Below, piece after piece: positions 1 to 8,950 of a stretch of 64,000 bases of DNA. The stretch is from Spirochaetia bacterium. Its GTDB lineage: Bacteria; Spirochaetota; Spirochaetia; SZUA-6; Bin103. Made by a program: the position numbers and the translations under genes. Location of the stretch: contig CBDBDQ010000005.1 in the NCBI GenBank assembly GCA_965203905.1, positions 1,184,001-1,248,000 on the forward strand, in the 5' to 3' direction. The notes under the pieces were generated by a model that did not search any database, was not told the origin of the DNA, and saw nothing but the letters and a program-made list of their open reading frames with translations. Positions within the stretch are counted from its first letter, which is position 1, and every line of letters begins with the position of its first letter.

Positions 1-1
1 G

Positions 2-1069
2 GTGCTGGCCGACGGCCGCGCGCGCACGGTGCGCTACGACTCCACCGCCCCCGAGGACGCACTGCTGGGTCTGGGCCTGGGCTGCAACGGGGTGGTCGAC
101 GTGCTGCTGGAGCGGGTGCAGGCCACCGACGCTGCGCCCGCCGGCCGCTACCTGCCGCTGCTGGAGCAGGCCCGCTGCGCCGGCCGGCGCAGCGCCCTGG
201 CGACCGTCTACCGCTCCCCCGAAGCGGGCGAGGTCGGCGCCCGCCTGGCGCTGGTCGAGGAACCGCCGGCGGCGGGTGCTCCGGCGGGTGCTCCGGCGAC
301 GGACGTCCCGGCCGCGGACGCCCCACCGCCACCGCCGCGCCTGCACGACTTCGGCCACCTGCGCAGCGCGTTGCGCGAGGCACTGAGCCGCGACCTGTCC
401 GCGCTGCTGAGTGGCGGCCGCTCGCACTCGGCCACGTACCGGGTGGAGGGCGAACCCGTGCAGGTGCTGTTGGAGCTGGTGGAGCCGCCGCTGGCCCTGA
501 CGGTGTGCGGCGCCGGTCCCGACGCGGAGCCGCTGGTGACCCTGGCCGCCAACCTGGGCTGGGCGCCGGTGGTGTTCGACCACCGCGCCGCGTTCGCCAG
601 ACCGGAGCGGTTTCCCGGCGCCGCCCGCGTGGCCACCGGCGCGCGCGAGGAGTTCGCCGCCGCGGTGCCGCCGCGCGCCGGCGAGGTCGCGGTGCTGGTG
701 ACCCACAGCTACCCCACCGACCTGACCTACCTGGAGCAGCTCGCCCCGCGCGACCTGCGCTACATCGGCGTCCTGGGGCCGCGCCGCCGGCTGGAGCGGT
801 TGCTGGAGGAGCTCGGCCAACGCGCGCCGGCGGCGGGCGCCCTGTACGGCCCGGCCGGCCTGGACATCGGCGCCGATACGCCGGCCGAGATCGCGCTCTC
901 CATCGTGGCCGAGATCCGGGCGGTGCTGGCCGGCCGCGGCGGCGCCCCGCTGCGCGAGCGCCCGGAACCGATTCACAGCGCCACCGGCGGCGCTGACGTA
1001 GGCGGGAGCGGGACGCGGGTCTCGGCCGGCCCGAGTGGGGCACCCGGCAGCTGCAGCGCCGGTTCCTGA
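2..1069 (+). CDS. XdhC/CoxI family molybdoenzyme maturation factor (5' end outside window)
   Basis: Motifs LGLGCNGVVDVLLE, VCGAGPDAEPLV..A..LGW, YIGVLGPRRR, PAGLDIGADTPAEIALSIVAEI. Confidence 0.9.
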   Translation: MLADGRARTVRYDSTAPEDALLGLGLGCNGVVDVLLERVQATDAAPAGRYLPLLEQARCAGRRSALATVYRSPEAGEVGARLALVEEPPAAGAPAGAPATDVPAADAPPPPPRLHDFGHLRSALREALSRDLSALLSGGRSHSATYRVEGEPVQVLLELVEPPLALTVCGAGPDAEPLVTLAANLGWAPVVFDHRAAFARPERFPGAARVATGAREEFAAAVPPRAGEVAVLVTHSYPTDLTYLEQLAPRDLRYIGVLGPRRRLERLLEELGQRAPAAGALYGPAGLDIGADTPAEIALSIVAEIRAVLAGRGGAPLRERPEPIHSATGGADVGGSGTRVSAGPSGAPGSCSAGS

Positions 1070-1694
1070 GCGGGACGTGGCAGGTGGCGCCGGCAGCGAG
1101 CGCGTGGCGGGGGTGATCCTGGCCGCCGGCGCCTCCCAGCGGCTGGGCCGGCCCAAGCAGTTGCTGCGCTACCGCAACGAGACCCTGATCCACCGCACCG
1201 CACGCCTGGCGCGCGCCGCTGGCCTGACACCGCTGCACGTGGTGGTGGGCTACCGCGGCCGCGAGGTGGCCGCCGGCCTCGGCGACCTCGGCCCAGCCGT
1301 GGCGCTGGTGAGCAATCCGGACTGGAGCGCCGGCATGGGCGGCTCGCTGGCGCGCGGGATCGCCAGCCTGCCGGACGCCGCCGGCGCCGCGCTGGTGCTG
1401 GTGACCGATCAGCCGCACCTCTCCGGAGCGGTGCTCGAGGCGATCCTGGAGCGCTACCGGAGCGACGCGGCGCCGCTGGTCGCCTGCCGCTACGGCAGCG
1501 GCGCCCTCGGCGTCCCGGCGCTGTTCGCGCGCCGCTTCTTTCCGGAGCTGGCCGCACTGGCCGGCGACCGCGGCGCCCGCGCCCTGTTTACGCGCCACGC
1601 CGCCGCTCTGACCACGGTCAGCTTCCCGGCCGGCGATGCCGACATCGACACCCCGGCCGACGCCGAGACCCTCGCCGCCGAGGGATCAAAATAA
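1035..1694 (+). CDS. Molybdenum cofactor cytidylyltransferase-like nucleotidyltransferase (MocA family); true start may be a later GTG
   Basis: ILAAGASQRLGRPKQLL, NPDW..GMGGSL, DQP, GDRGAR, DIDTPAD; adjacent to XdhC. Confidence 0.88.
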   Translation: MGHPAAAAPVPERDVAGGAGSERVAGVILAAGASQRLGRPKQLLRYRNETLIHRTARLARAAGLTPLHVVVGYRGREVAAGLGDLGPAVALVSNPDWSAGMGGSLARGIASLPDAAGAALVLVTDQPHLSGAVLEAILERYRSDAAPLVACRYGSGALGVPALFARRFFPELAALAGDRGARALFTRHAAALTTVSFPAGDADIDTPADAETLAAEGSK

Positions 1695-1747
1695 GCGCCC
1701 CCTGCCTGTTGCCGGACGTGCGCGCGGAAGGATACACTTGCTGTAAC

Positions 1748-1807
1748 GCGCCTAGGTTGAGCCGCCATGCGTCTCACGCGGGACCTTCCGGTCCCGCCCT
1801 AAGGCGC
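1748..1807 (+). ncRNA. Candidate structured RNA (three-way junction) upstream of DUF3800 gene
   Basis: gcgcctagg (1748-1756) pairs with cctaaggcgc (1798-1807, one bulge); inner stems tgag/ctca (1758-1776) and perfect gcgggacc-ttcc-ggtcccgc (1778-1797); preceded by ttgccg-N18-tacact (1709-1738). Confidence 0.55.
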
Positions 1808-1817
1808 TATTTTTTCC

Positions 1818-2696
1818 ATGAGAATCTGCTACTTGGACGAGTCCGGGACGCCAGCACTGTCGGGGCAGACTAACCACTTTGTGTTCTTGGGTCTTTCCAT
1901 ACTAGATAGTTCTTGGAAGAACAGAGACGCTGAAATCACGGGGATCAAGCGTAGGTATCAACTTGAGGGGAGTGAGATCCATACCGCATGGCTCGCAAGA
2001 CGTTACCAAGAGCAAGAGGTTATACCAGCATTCCAAGACCTGACATACTACGAACGCCGTACTGCCGTGCAAACGGAACGGAACACGCGCTTGGCCCGTC
2101 GGACGGCGATCCGTGGCCGGAATCAGGTCTCCACGCTCCGCAAGAACTTCGCGAAGACGGATGCCTACATTCACCTAACGCACACGGAACGACACTCATT
2201 GCTGTCCGAGTTAGCTGATGCGGTGAACGGGTGGAACGACTGCTTCCTGTTTGTGGAAGCGACCGACAAGACGGCGTTCGCCCGAGTCCCGCCAAGGTCG
2301 CCACCCTTCGAGGAAGGATTCACACAGGTCGTTAGCCGATTTCACAGATGCCTAGAAGCGGAGCAGCAGACCGGTTTGCTGGTTCAGGACAACAACCCGA
2401 CCGTCTCGCGGCGCCTCACGGATCTGATGCGACGCTTTCACGAAGAGGGCACGCGGTGGACGTCGCTACCGAGAATTGTCGAAACCCCACTCTTCGTTGA
2501 CAGTCAACTCACGAGTTTGGTTCAGATGTCGGACCTTTGCGCGTACGCTACCCGCAGGTACCTCGAAAACAGCGAGAGGACGTTGTTCGACAAGATTTCA
2601 TCGCGCTTTTACAGGGTAGGCGACCGCATGGTTGGAGCCAGACACTACGTCGGACCCTCGCGACGGTGTAGCTGCGAATTCTGCCGGCAGCACTAG
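1818..2696 (+). CDS. DUF3800 domain protein (RNase H-like fold)
   Basis: N-terminal YLDESG, EIH, C-terminal S..SLVQMSDLCAYA; ends in CSCEFC; lower GC than flanks. Confidence 0.8.
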   Translation: MRICYLDESGTPALSGQTNHFVFLGLSILDSSWKNRDAEITGIKRRYQLEGSEIHTAWLARRYQEQEVIPAFQDLTYYERRTAVQTERNTRLARRTAIRGRNQVSTLRKNFAKTDAYIHLTHTERHSLLSELADAVNGWNDCFLFVEATDKTAFARVPPRSPPFEEGFTQVVSRFHRCLEAEQQTGLLVQDNNPTVSRRLTDLMRRFHEEGTRWTSLPRIVETPLFVDSQLTSLVQMSDLCAYATRRYLENSERTLFDKISSRFYRVGDRMVGARHYVGPSRRCSCEFCRQH

Positions 2697-2712
2697 CTGA
2701 CCACTGCTTCCG

Positions 2713-2820
2713 TCAGCATTGCGGAAAGGTTCGGCCATGGCAACGTGATAAGAGCCTGTCTGAGAGGATTGCGTCGGTCGGCCCCTCGACGGCAGCGGCA
2801 ATCCGTAGCGGCTCAGACAT
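2713..2820 (-). pseudogene. Truncated TOPRIM-like partner of the upstream ATPase
   Basis: Manual translation MSEPLRIAAAVEGPTDAI..., ATG overlaps the ATPase stop, VEG.TD motif; stops after 35 aa. Confidence 0.6.
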
Positions 2821-3975
2821 CCGGGACGCCGCCGAGATGGCCCATCACCCAGAGGCGTGACAACGTCCAGCCCTGCTTCGCCTTCTTGAGCAGATCATCG
2901 TCGACCGTTACCCGGCGAACCGAAGTGCGGCCGGAACTGGTCCGCGACACCGTAAACAACCGCACGCGGTCATCCTGCAGAGGCAGTCCATCCAGCACGA
3001 GCGGATTGTGAGTGGTAAGAAGTATCTGACGCGGCTCGCTGGCGTCCAGATACCATACGCACAGATGCTCGATGAGTGATCGGCGTTATCCACGGCGCAC
3101 AGCGACGGACTCTCTTCGTGGCCGGAAACGACAGCAAGAAACAGAGCGTACAAGGCTCCTTCAGAAGCGTCATATCCAGACAAGAGACTGCGGTCCTTGC
3201 GCATGAACCGATCGCGGAACCGAATCACGGTATCGGTAGATGCTGCTGCCGGCGAGAGTGGGAGCCGGCCTGCTGAGCCCGCACCGAAAGAAGCCGCCCA
3301 ATCGACCAGACCAAGTACATCGCGACAAACCCGTTGGCTGTGTTCATCCTGGCGCCGTTGTTTGAGCAGCTCCAGGATCGCTCGCGGAAGATCCCCTCCA
3401 GACAGTCCCAACGGTTGTCTCGGTTGGGTCTCTGGCGCGACTCCTCGCAAGACCGGAGTGGTCGGGAAAAAAATGACGTAGCCGTGCAACAACTTCAGCA
3501 GATCAAGTGCGTCTCCATGGGTGACATCGACTGCCCTCAATGCGGCCATTCCCCGGTCCGGATTGCCCTTCTTCTTCGTTGCGGGAGAACGTCCAACCAA
3601 GGGACCGTCGGGGCCTTCCCAATACTCTGTCTTGAATCTCCAGGCGGGCGCCGGATCCTTGAGCGGATTGTGCAACGAGACCTCATACTTCGCTTGCGCA
3701 GCGTATGCGCCAAAAGAGATATGAGACGGAATCTTCTCACCGCGTGTTGCTGGAAACGCCGACTTGTACAATCGTGGAACACCCGGACGTACGCCACGCG
3801 CCAAGAGACTCTGATCGTCGACCTTGCCGTCCGCCGCCGCCGAGAGCACCCCCATGGCTTCCAGCAAGTTGCTCTTTCCGCTGCCATTGGCGCCGATGAA
3901 GACATTGACCATTCCAAGCTCAACGGTCACGTCCTCCAGCGACTTGAATGTTCTGACAGACAGGCTCTCGAGCAT
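2813..3975 (-). pseudogene. ABC/SMC-type ATPase (AAA_21 / AAA_15-like), frameshifted near 3077
   Basis: MLESLSVRTFKSL, Walker A GANGSGKSN, ASEG signature, Walker B VDNADH; then a frame change to LIEHL...QILLTTHNP...GHLGGVPDV. Confidence 0.8.
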
Positions 3976-4383
3976 ACGGATGATCCAGAAAAAACCGGGC
4001 ACCCACCGAAGTCGTGGAGGTGTTCGGGCTGTCCGGCCACAGTATACCACGCGCCCGCACCTTCCGGTTGCGGAGACCAGCCTGAGGGGGTTTGGCCTGG
4101 ACCTCGGTCGACCTATAGCTGCGGCGGCGAGTTTGCTGAGCGTGGCGATGTTCCTTGGATTGGGGCTGGTCAGCTTCGGTCTGATGCTGTACCAGTGAGC
4201 CATGCACGAGGTTTTGAACCACCCCGTAGTATTCGTGGTGGCGCTACTGTGCGCCGCCATAGCACTGACGATCCCATGGAAGCGATGGAAACGGGAGATC
4301 GATGAACGCCGCAAGAACCGGTTACGGGGGCATTCTTTGGCAGCGTCGCGCAAGCCCATGTAGCGCAACCGGCGCCGTGCGCG

Positions 4384-5358
4384 TCAACCGCCGTCGTCTT
4401 CGAACTGGGCCAGACGGCGCTCCAGTTCCGCGATGCGCTCCTCGGCGGCGGCGCGCTCGGCCCGTTGCCGCTCGTGGGCCGCGTCCTGTTCGGCCAGCGC
4501 GGCGTCCTTCTCGGCCAGCGCCGCGTCCTTCTCGGCCAACGCGGCGTCCTTCTCGGCGAGCGCCGCGTCCTGTTCGGCCCGCTCTCGCGCCAGCGCCGCG
4601 TTCTCGCGCTTCATCCGCCCCCACGTCTCGGTGACCTCGTCCTCCAGCGCCATCGAGTCCGCCACCTCCACGCTCGCCACCGCTCCCTCCAGCCGCCGCA
4701 GCACCGGCCGGTAGCGATCCGGTATCTCCCGCTCGTCCACCTCCAGCACGTGCCGGTCGCCCGGCACCCGCAGCTCCTGGTCGAACACGCTCAGCAGCCG
4801 CTCCAGGTCCGACCTCCGCCGCGACGCCAGCAGCGGCACCTGCACCACCCAGCAGTCGTGGCTCAGCGCTTCCACGAACTCCTCCCGCTCGCTCAGCCGT
4901 TCCCCGCTCACCCCGTCCACGTACTCCCGCGCCACCCGCAGCACCGTCGCCGCCGTGCGCGGCAGGCATTCGCCCAGGATGTAGATCGCACGCAACGGCC
5001 GATGCCGCCGCCGCCCGTCCGCCCCCGGGTCGTAGTTGTCGCGGTCCGCGTAGTGGCGGCCCAGGTACTCCCGGAACCGCATCACCTCGTCGGTGAAGCG
5101 CGCCTTCTGTACTTCCACCAGCACCCGCAGCCGCTCGCCGGCGACCGTGCGCACCGTCGCCGCGAAGTCCACCCGCCGCACCGTCAGCAGCTCCCCCGAC
5201 GGACCCGGCGACGGCGCGCGCATCGAGCGCTCCTGTGGCAGCGCCTGCAGGCTCTCCACCTCCTCGTCCAGCACCGCCCCGACCAGCAGACGGGCGGCTG
5301 CCTGATCGTCCATCAGGTACTTGAAGGCAGCGTCGTACATCGGGTTGGCGATGCGCAT
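4384..5358 (-). CDS. Rpn-like PD-(D/E)XK nuclease family protein with C-terminal coiled coil
   Basis: MRIANPMYDAAFKYLM, RVDFAA, VLVEVQKA, RFREYLG; ALAEKDA 21-bp repeats; paralog of 27288-28241. Confidence 0.75.
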   Translation of the reverse strand: MRIANPMYDAAFKYLMDDQAAARLLVGAVLDEEVESLQALPQERSMRAPSPGPSGELLTVRRVDFAATVRTVAGERLRVLVEVQKARFTDEVMRFREYLGRHYADRDNYDPGADGRRRHRPLRAIYILGECLPRTAATVLRVAREYVDGVSGERLSEREEFVEALSHDCWVVQVPLLASRRRSDLERLLSVFDQELRVPGDRHVLEVDEREIPDRYRPVLRRLEGAVASVEVADSMALEDEVTETWGRMKRENAALARERAEQDAALAEKDAALAEKDAALAEKDAALAEQDAAHERQRAERAAAEERIAELERRLAQFEDDGG

Positions 5359-5430
5359 CGCTCCCAAATTAGCTCGCAGGCCGGAAGCCGGCAACAGACG
5401 ATGAGGGGATCAGAGGGGATCGGGCTCTCA

Positions 5431-6354
5431 TCAGGAGGCTGCGCCGGCGAGCTTGCGGAACAGGTCGCGGAAGATCGGGTCGCGGTGGACGAAGCTGGCA
5501 CAGCGGATCAGGTGGCGGCGCCGGTCGACGCTCCAGGTGCACTGGTCGGTCAGCAGCGGACTCGGCACCAGCTCGCTCGGCACCCAGCTCGGGTCGAGCA
5601 GCCAGGCGATGGTGGCCACGTCCCACAGCACCCGCGACCAGCCGAAGTGGTCGCCGCGCATCTCCTTGTAGCGGGTTGCCAGGAAAGCGCCGAGCTCGCC
5701 GTGCGGGGCGACGTGGCGCTCGATCTCGGGGACGCTGGTGAGCAGGTGGCTGGTCACGCCCATGCAGGGGACCAGCACCAGCGGCACGCCGCAGTCGAGC
5801 ACGGTGCGGGAGGCGGCGAGGTCCTGGCGCAGGTTGAACTCCCGCGTATCAGGCCAGTGCAGGGCGTGGCCGCCCAGCCACACCACCACGATCTTCTCGA
5901 CCAGCGCCGGCTCCAGCAGCAGCGCCGCGGCGACGTTGGTGATCGCCCCGATCGCCACCACGTAGAGCGGGTCGCCCTCGGGCGCGGCGCGGCCGCGCCC
6001 GATCAGGTCACGCACCGCGGCCGACCCGCTCGGCTCGCCCTCGGGGCCCAGGTATTCGGTGGCACCGCGGAAGGCGAAGCCGTCCGGCGAACGGCCGAGG
6101 CGCTCCAGCAGGCGCAGGATCTCCCGGTAGCTCAGCTCCATGCCGTGCCGCGGCCCGTCGCAGCGCTCGTTGTAGAACGGGGCGGCGTAGATCGCCTCCA
6201 CCGCGAGCCGCTCCGGGGAGAGCAGGGCGTGCACCACGGCGAACTGGTCGTCGGTCTCGTTGTAGGTGTCGGTGTCGAGCACCACCCGCACCCGGCCGGT
6301 GGGCGGGCGCAGCCGCTGCAGCCGGGTCGCCTCGGCAATCTTCGGGAACGTCAT
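5431..6354 (-). CDS. Nucleoside hydrolase (IUNH family)
   Basis: VLDTDTYNETDDQFA, AIGAITNVA, EFNL, WDV. Confidence 0.9.
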   Translation of the reverse strand: MTFPKIAEATRLQRLRPPTGRVRVVLDTDTYNETDDQFAVVHALLSPERLAVEAIYAAPFYNERCDGPRHGMELSYREILRLLERLGRSPDGFAFRGATEYLGPEGEPSGSAAVRDLIGRGRAAPEGDPLYVVAIGAITNVAAALLLEPALVEKIVVVWLGGHALHWPDTREFNLRQDLAASRTVLDCGVPLVLVPCMGVTSHLLTSVPEIERHVAPHGELGAFLATRYKEMRGDHFGWSRVLWDVATIAWLLDPSWVPSELVPSPLLTDQCTWSVDRRRHLIRCASFVHRDPIFRDLFRKLAGAAS

Positions 6355-6397
6355 GGCAACTCCCTCAGCCCTCGTCCAGCCCTCGTCCGGCGGCGGT

Positions 6398-6949
6398 TCA
6401 CCACAGGCCGACCTCCGTGCCGGCGCGCCCCAGCTCCTTCCGGTACTCCTCGACAATGCTCTTCAGCGGGTCGGCGGCGCCGAGATGTGCCTTGAGGTCG
6501 CTGCGGAGGAACCCGAACGGTTTGTTCAGGAACGCTTCCTTGTCTTCGCTCGCCGCGTAGTCGGCGTAGCTCTCCACGATCCTGAGGGCCCGGTACAGCA
6601 GGCCGGTGACGCGTCGGCGCTCGCGCTGATGCCGGGTGAGGTAATAGAGGATGTCGGCCCGATCCACCGCCAGCAGGTTGCGCTCCGCCTCCGCCTCGTC
6701 GGTGTAGAAACCGGTGATGAGACCGTGCCACAGCGTCACGTAGATCTTCTGATCGAACTTCCGGCACGGCTTGCAATAGAGTTCCTCGGTCAGCACGCCG
6801 GTGGTGATCCCTGCGGCGGAGACCACGTCGCCCACGCGGTAGGTATCCAGGGTCGAGTCGAGGCTCTTGGTCTGCGTGGATGGTACCGGTTGACCGCACT
6901 GCACGCAGTCGATCGGCTCGGGAAAGACCAGGGTGTCGAACATGCCCAT
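6398..6949 (-). CDS. Hypothetical protein with Zn-ribbon (CxxC...CxxC)
   Basis: MGMFDT...CVQCG...QTK...YRVGD...CKPC; GC-biased coding pattern; 3' end abuts nucleoside hydrolase start. Confidence 0.7.
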   Translation of the reverse strand: MGMFDTLVFPEPIDCVQCGQPVPSTQTKSLDSTLDTYRVGDVVSAAGITTGVLTEELYCKPCRKFDQKIYVTLWHGLITGFYTDEAEAERNLLAVDRADILYYLTRHQRERRRVTGLLYRALRIVESYADYAASEDKEAFLNKPFGFLRSDLKAHLGAADPLKSIVEEYRKELGRAGTEVGLW

Positions 6950-7214
6950 CCCGCCATCTTGCCGCGCCGTGCCTCACCCTGGCAACAGGCTCCGAGCGGC
7001 GGCAAGCGGCGGCGGAGCGAACTTCGGCGCCGAAGTATAGTGACGCATAATGCAAGTACGAGATTGCGGTTGTTGCGTTGCGCGCCCTGAGCCGAGGCGA
7101 GTTGCACGATAGTTGGCACGGAGTGTGTGCGGTGGTCGTTCCGTTCCGAGCGCGTCCCTGGTGCGGAACGCGGGAATGGCGGAACGAGAGCGAGTAGGCA
7201 GGCGACGGTGCCGG

Positions 7215-8156
7215 TCAGGCCGGCAGGTGCCAGCCGTTGGGGCCGCGGACGGCGAGGCCGCGCTGTTCGAGAGTTTGGAGGGCGAGACCGAGACGGGCGT
7301 TGTTGACGCGCAGGCGTTGCCGCAGGGCGGTCCTGGAGAGCGGCTGGCCGGCGCTGCGGAGAGCGGCGCGCACCGCCTCGGCGAGTGGGGGCGGCGGGGC
7401 GGCAGCACTGTCGACGAGCAGCGAGAGGGGCTGGTCGGCGCCGCCGGAGAGGCGCAGCAGGAGCGGGTCGGGAGCGGGAGCGGAGCGATGCTCGACGGTG
7501 AGTTGGAGACGGTCGTCGGCACGCCGCACCAGGTAGCAGGCAGAGTCGGTCCAGGCATGCAGATCGGAGGAGCCGCGCAGGGACTGGCCGAGATTGCGGC
7601 GCGAGCGCTTGGCCAAGTGGTGGACGAGAACCACAGCGAGTTGATAGCGGCGGTTGATGGCGCGCAGAAAGCCGAGCAGGGAAGAGATGTCTGAAGCGCT
7701 GTTCTCGTCGAGACAATGAAGTCGGACCAGGGGATCCAACAGCAGTAGTGCCGGGCGGATCCGTTGCACGGTCTGGTCGAGAGCGAGTTGGTCGCGCTCG
7801 GTATCGAGGCGCAAGCGGTCAGCAGTGACGGCGTGCAGATCGAGGCGAGCCAGATCCAGGCCGCGGTGGCGGCACAGGTGGGCGACACGGTCGCGGACGC
7901 GGGGCAGAGCATCCTCGGCGAGGTAGACCAGAGCGGGTCCGGTGGCCTCGACCGGGAAGCGCCCGAGGGCCGGGGTGCCGGACGCGACCGAGACCGCGAG
8001 GTCAAGGCCGAGCCAGGATTTCCCAACTTTGGGGCTGCCGCCGATCACGCCGACAGCCGCGGTCGTCCAGAGGTCGCGCACCAGCCACTGGGGAGCGTCG
8101 GGCTGGGGATCGATGGCATGCACCGGGACGGTGGGCAGCGGTTTGGTCATGGCCAC
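7215..8156 (-). CDS. AAA_25 / RepA-like (RecA-fold) ATPase, possible helicase, with short helical C-terminal domain
   Basis: Walker A GGSPKVGKS, YLAED, LLLLDPL, DENS, LVHH..K, LRGSS. Confidence 0.85.
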   Translation of the reverse strand: MAMTKPLPTVPVHAIDPQPDAPQWLVRDLWTTAAVGVIGGSPKVGKSWLGLDLAVSVASGTPALGRFPVEATGPALVYLAEDALPRVRDRVAHLCRHRGLDLARLDLHAVTADRLRLDTERDQLALDQTVQRIRPALLLLDPLVRLHCLDENSASDISSLLGFLRAINRRYQLAVVLVHHLAKRSRRNLGQSLRGSSDLHAWTDSACYLVRRADDRLQLTVEHRSAPAPDPLLLRLSGGADQPLSLLVDSAAAPPPPLAEAVRAALRSAGQPLSRTALRQRLRVNNARLGLALQTLEQRGLAVRGPNGWHLPA

Positions 8157-8950
8157 AGGTACTTGCGAGCGGCGATCACGTCACCGGCACTGACGGTGGT
8201 GGCGGGGGTCTTGGCGGCGTGGTGCAGCGCCGCCAGAGCCAAGCGGTCGATGGCGCGCAGGTTGCCGCGGCTCATCTCGAAGATGGTTTCCTGAGCGTCG
8301 TCGTCGAAGGGATTGGTGCGAGCGCCGGCGAGGGTGCAGCGATGTTCGAGGTAGGCGCGGGTCTCATCGCGGGACAGCAGGCGCAGTTCGGCGTAATGCG
8401 CCAGGCGCTGCGCGATGGCGGCTTGTTCGGGGCGTCGCAGGAGCAGTCTCAGGTGTGGCTGGCCGGCGAGCACGAGGGACACGACGAGGCGCGAATCCAT
8501 GGAGAAGCTGGTCAGGAGGCGCAGCATGGCCAACGCTTCGGGGCGCAGGTCATGGGCCTCGTCAAGCAGGATGACCGGGCGCATGCCGTCGCTGGCGGTG
8601 TGTTCGAAAGCGTCCTGCAGCTTGCGCACCAGAGCGGGATAGATGCCGGTGGGAGAGAGGCCGCAGGCGACCGCGATTTCCTTGCACAGGTCACGCTTGG
8701 AGAGGCCGGTGACCTTGACGTAATGGACCTGGAAGCGCACCTCCGGCAGAGCGGCGACGAGCATGCGCAAGGCGACGGTCTTGCCGGTGCCGGCGGGAGC
8801 GATGAGGGCGGCGCTCATGCGCTCCTGCACCGCCGCGGTGAGTGCGGCGGCGACCTGGGCCTGAGGTTCGAGCGGAAAGCACTCGCGCACGGTCAACTCG
8901 CGGGTAAAGGGGGTCTTGCGAAAGCCCAGTGGGCTGAGGTCGTGGCTCAT
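8147..8950 (-). CDS. ExeA/TnsC-like AAA+ transposition ATPase
   Basis: MSHDLSPLGFRKTPF, Walker A APAGTGKT, Walker B ILLDEAH, LAGQP, SRGNLRAI; ATG overlaps transposase stop. Confidence 0.9.
   Translation of the reverse strand: MSHDLSPLGFRKTPFTRELTVRECFPLEPQAQVAAALTAAVQERMSAALIAPAGTGKTVALRMLVAALPEVRFQVHYVKVTGLSKRDLCKEIAVACGLSPTGIYPALVRKLQDAFEHTASDGMRPVILLDEAHDLRPEALAMLRLLTSFSMDSRLVVSLVLAGQPHLRLLLRRPEQAAIAQRLAHYAELRLLSRDETRAYLEHRCTLAGARTNPFDDDAQETIFEMSRGNLRAIDRLALAALHHAAKTPATTVSAGDVIAARKYLWP

Noticed and set aside
4465-6495. 676-aa plus-strand ORF and similar long Arg/Pro/Ala-rich ORFs throughout the window
   Set aside because: High-GC shadow frames opposite or overlapping well-supported genes
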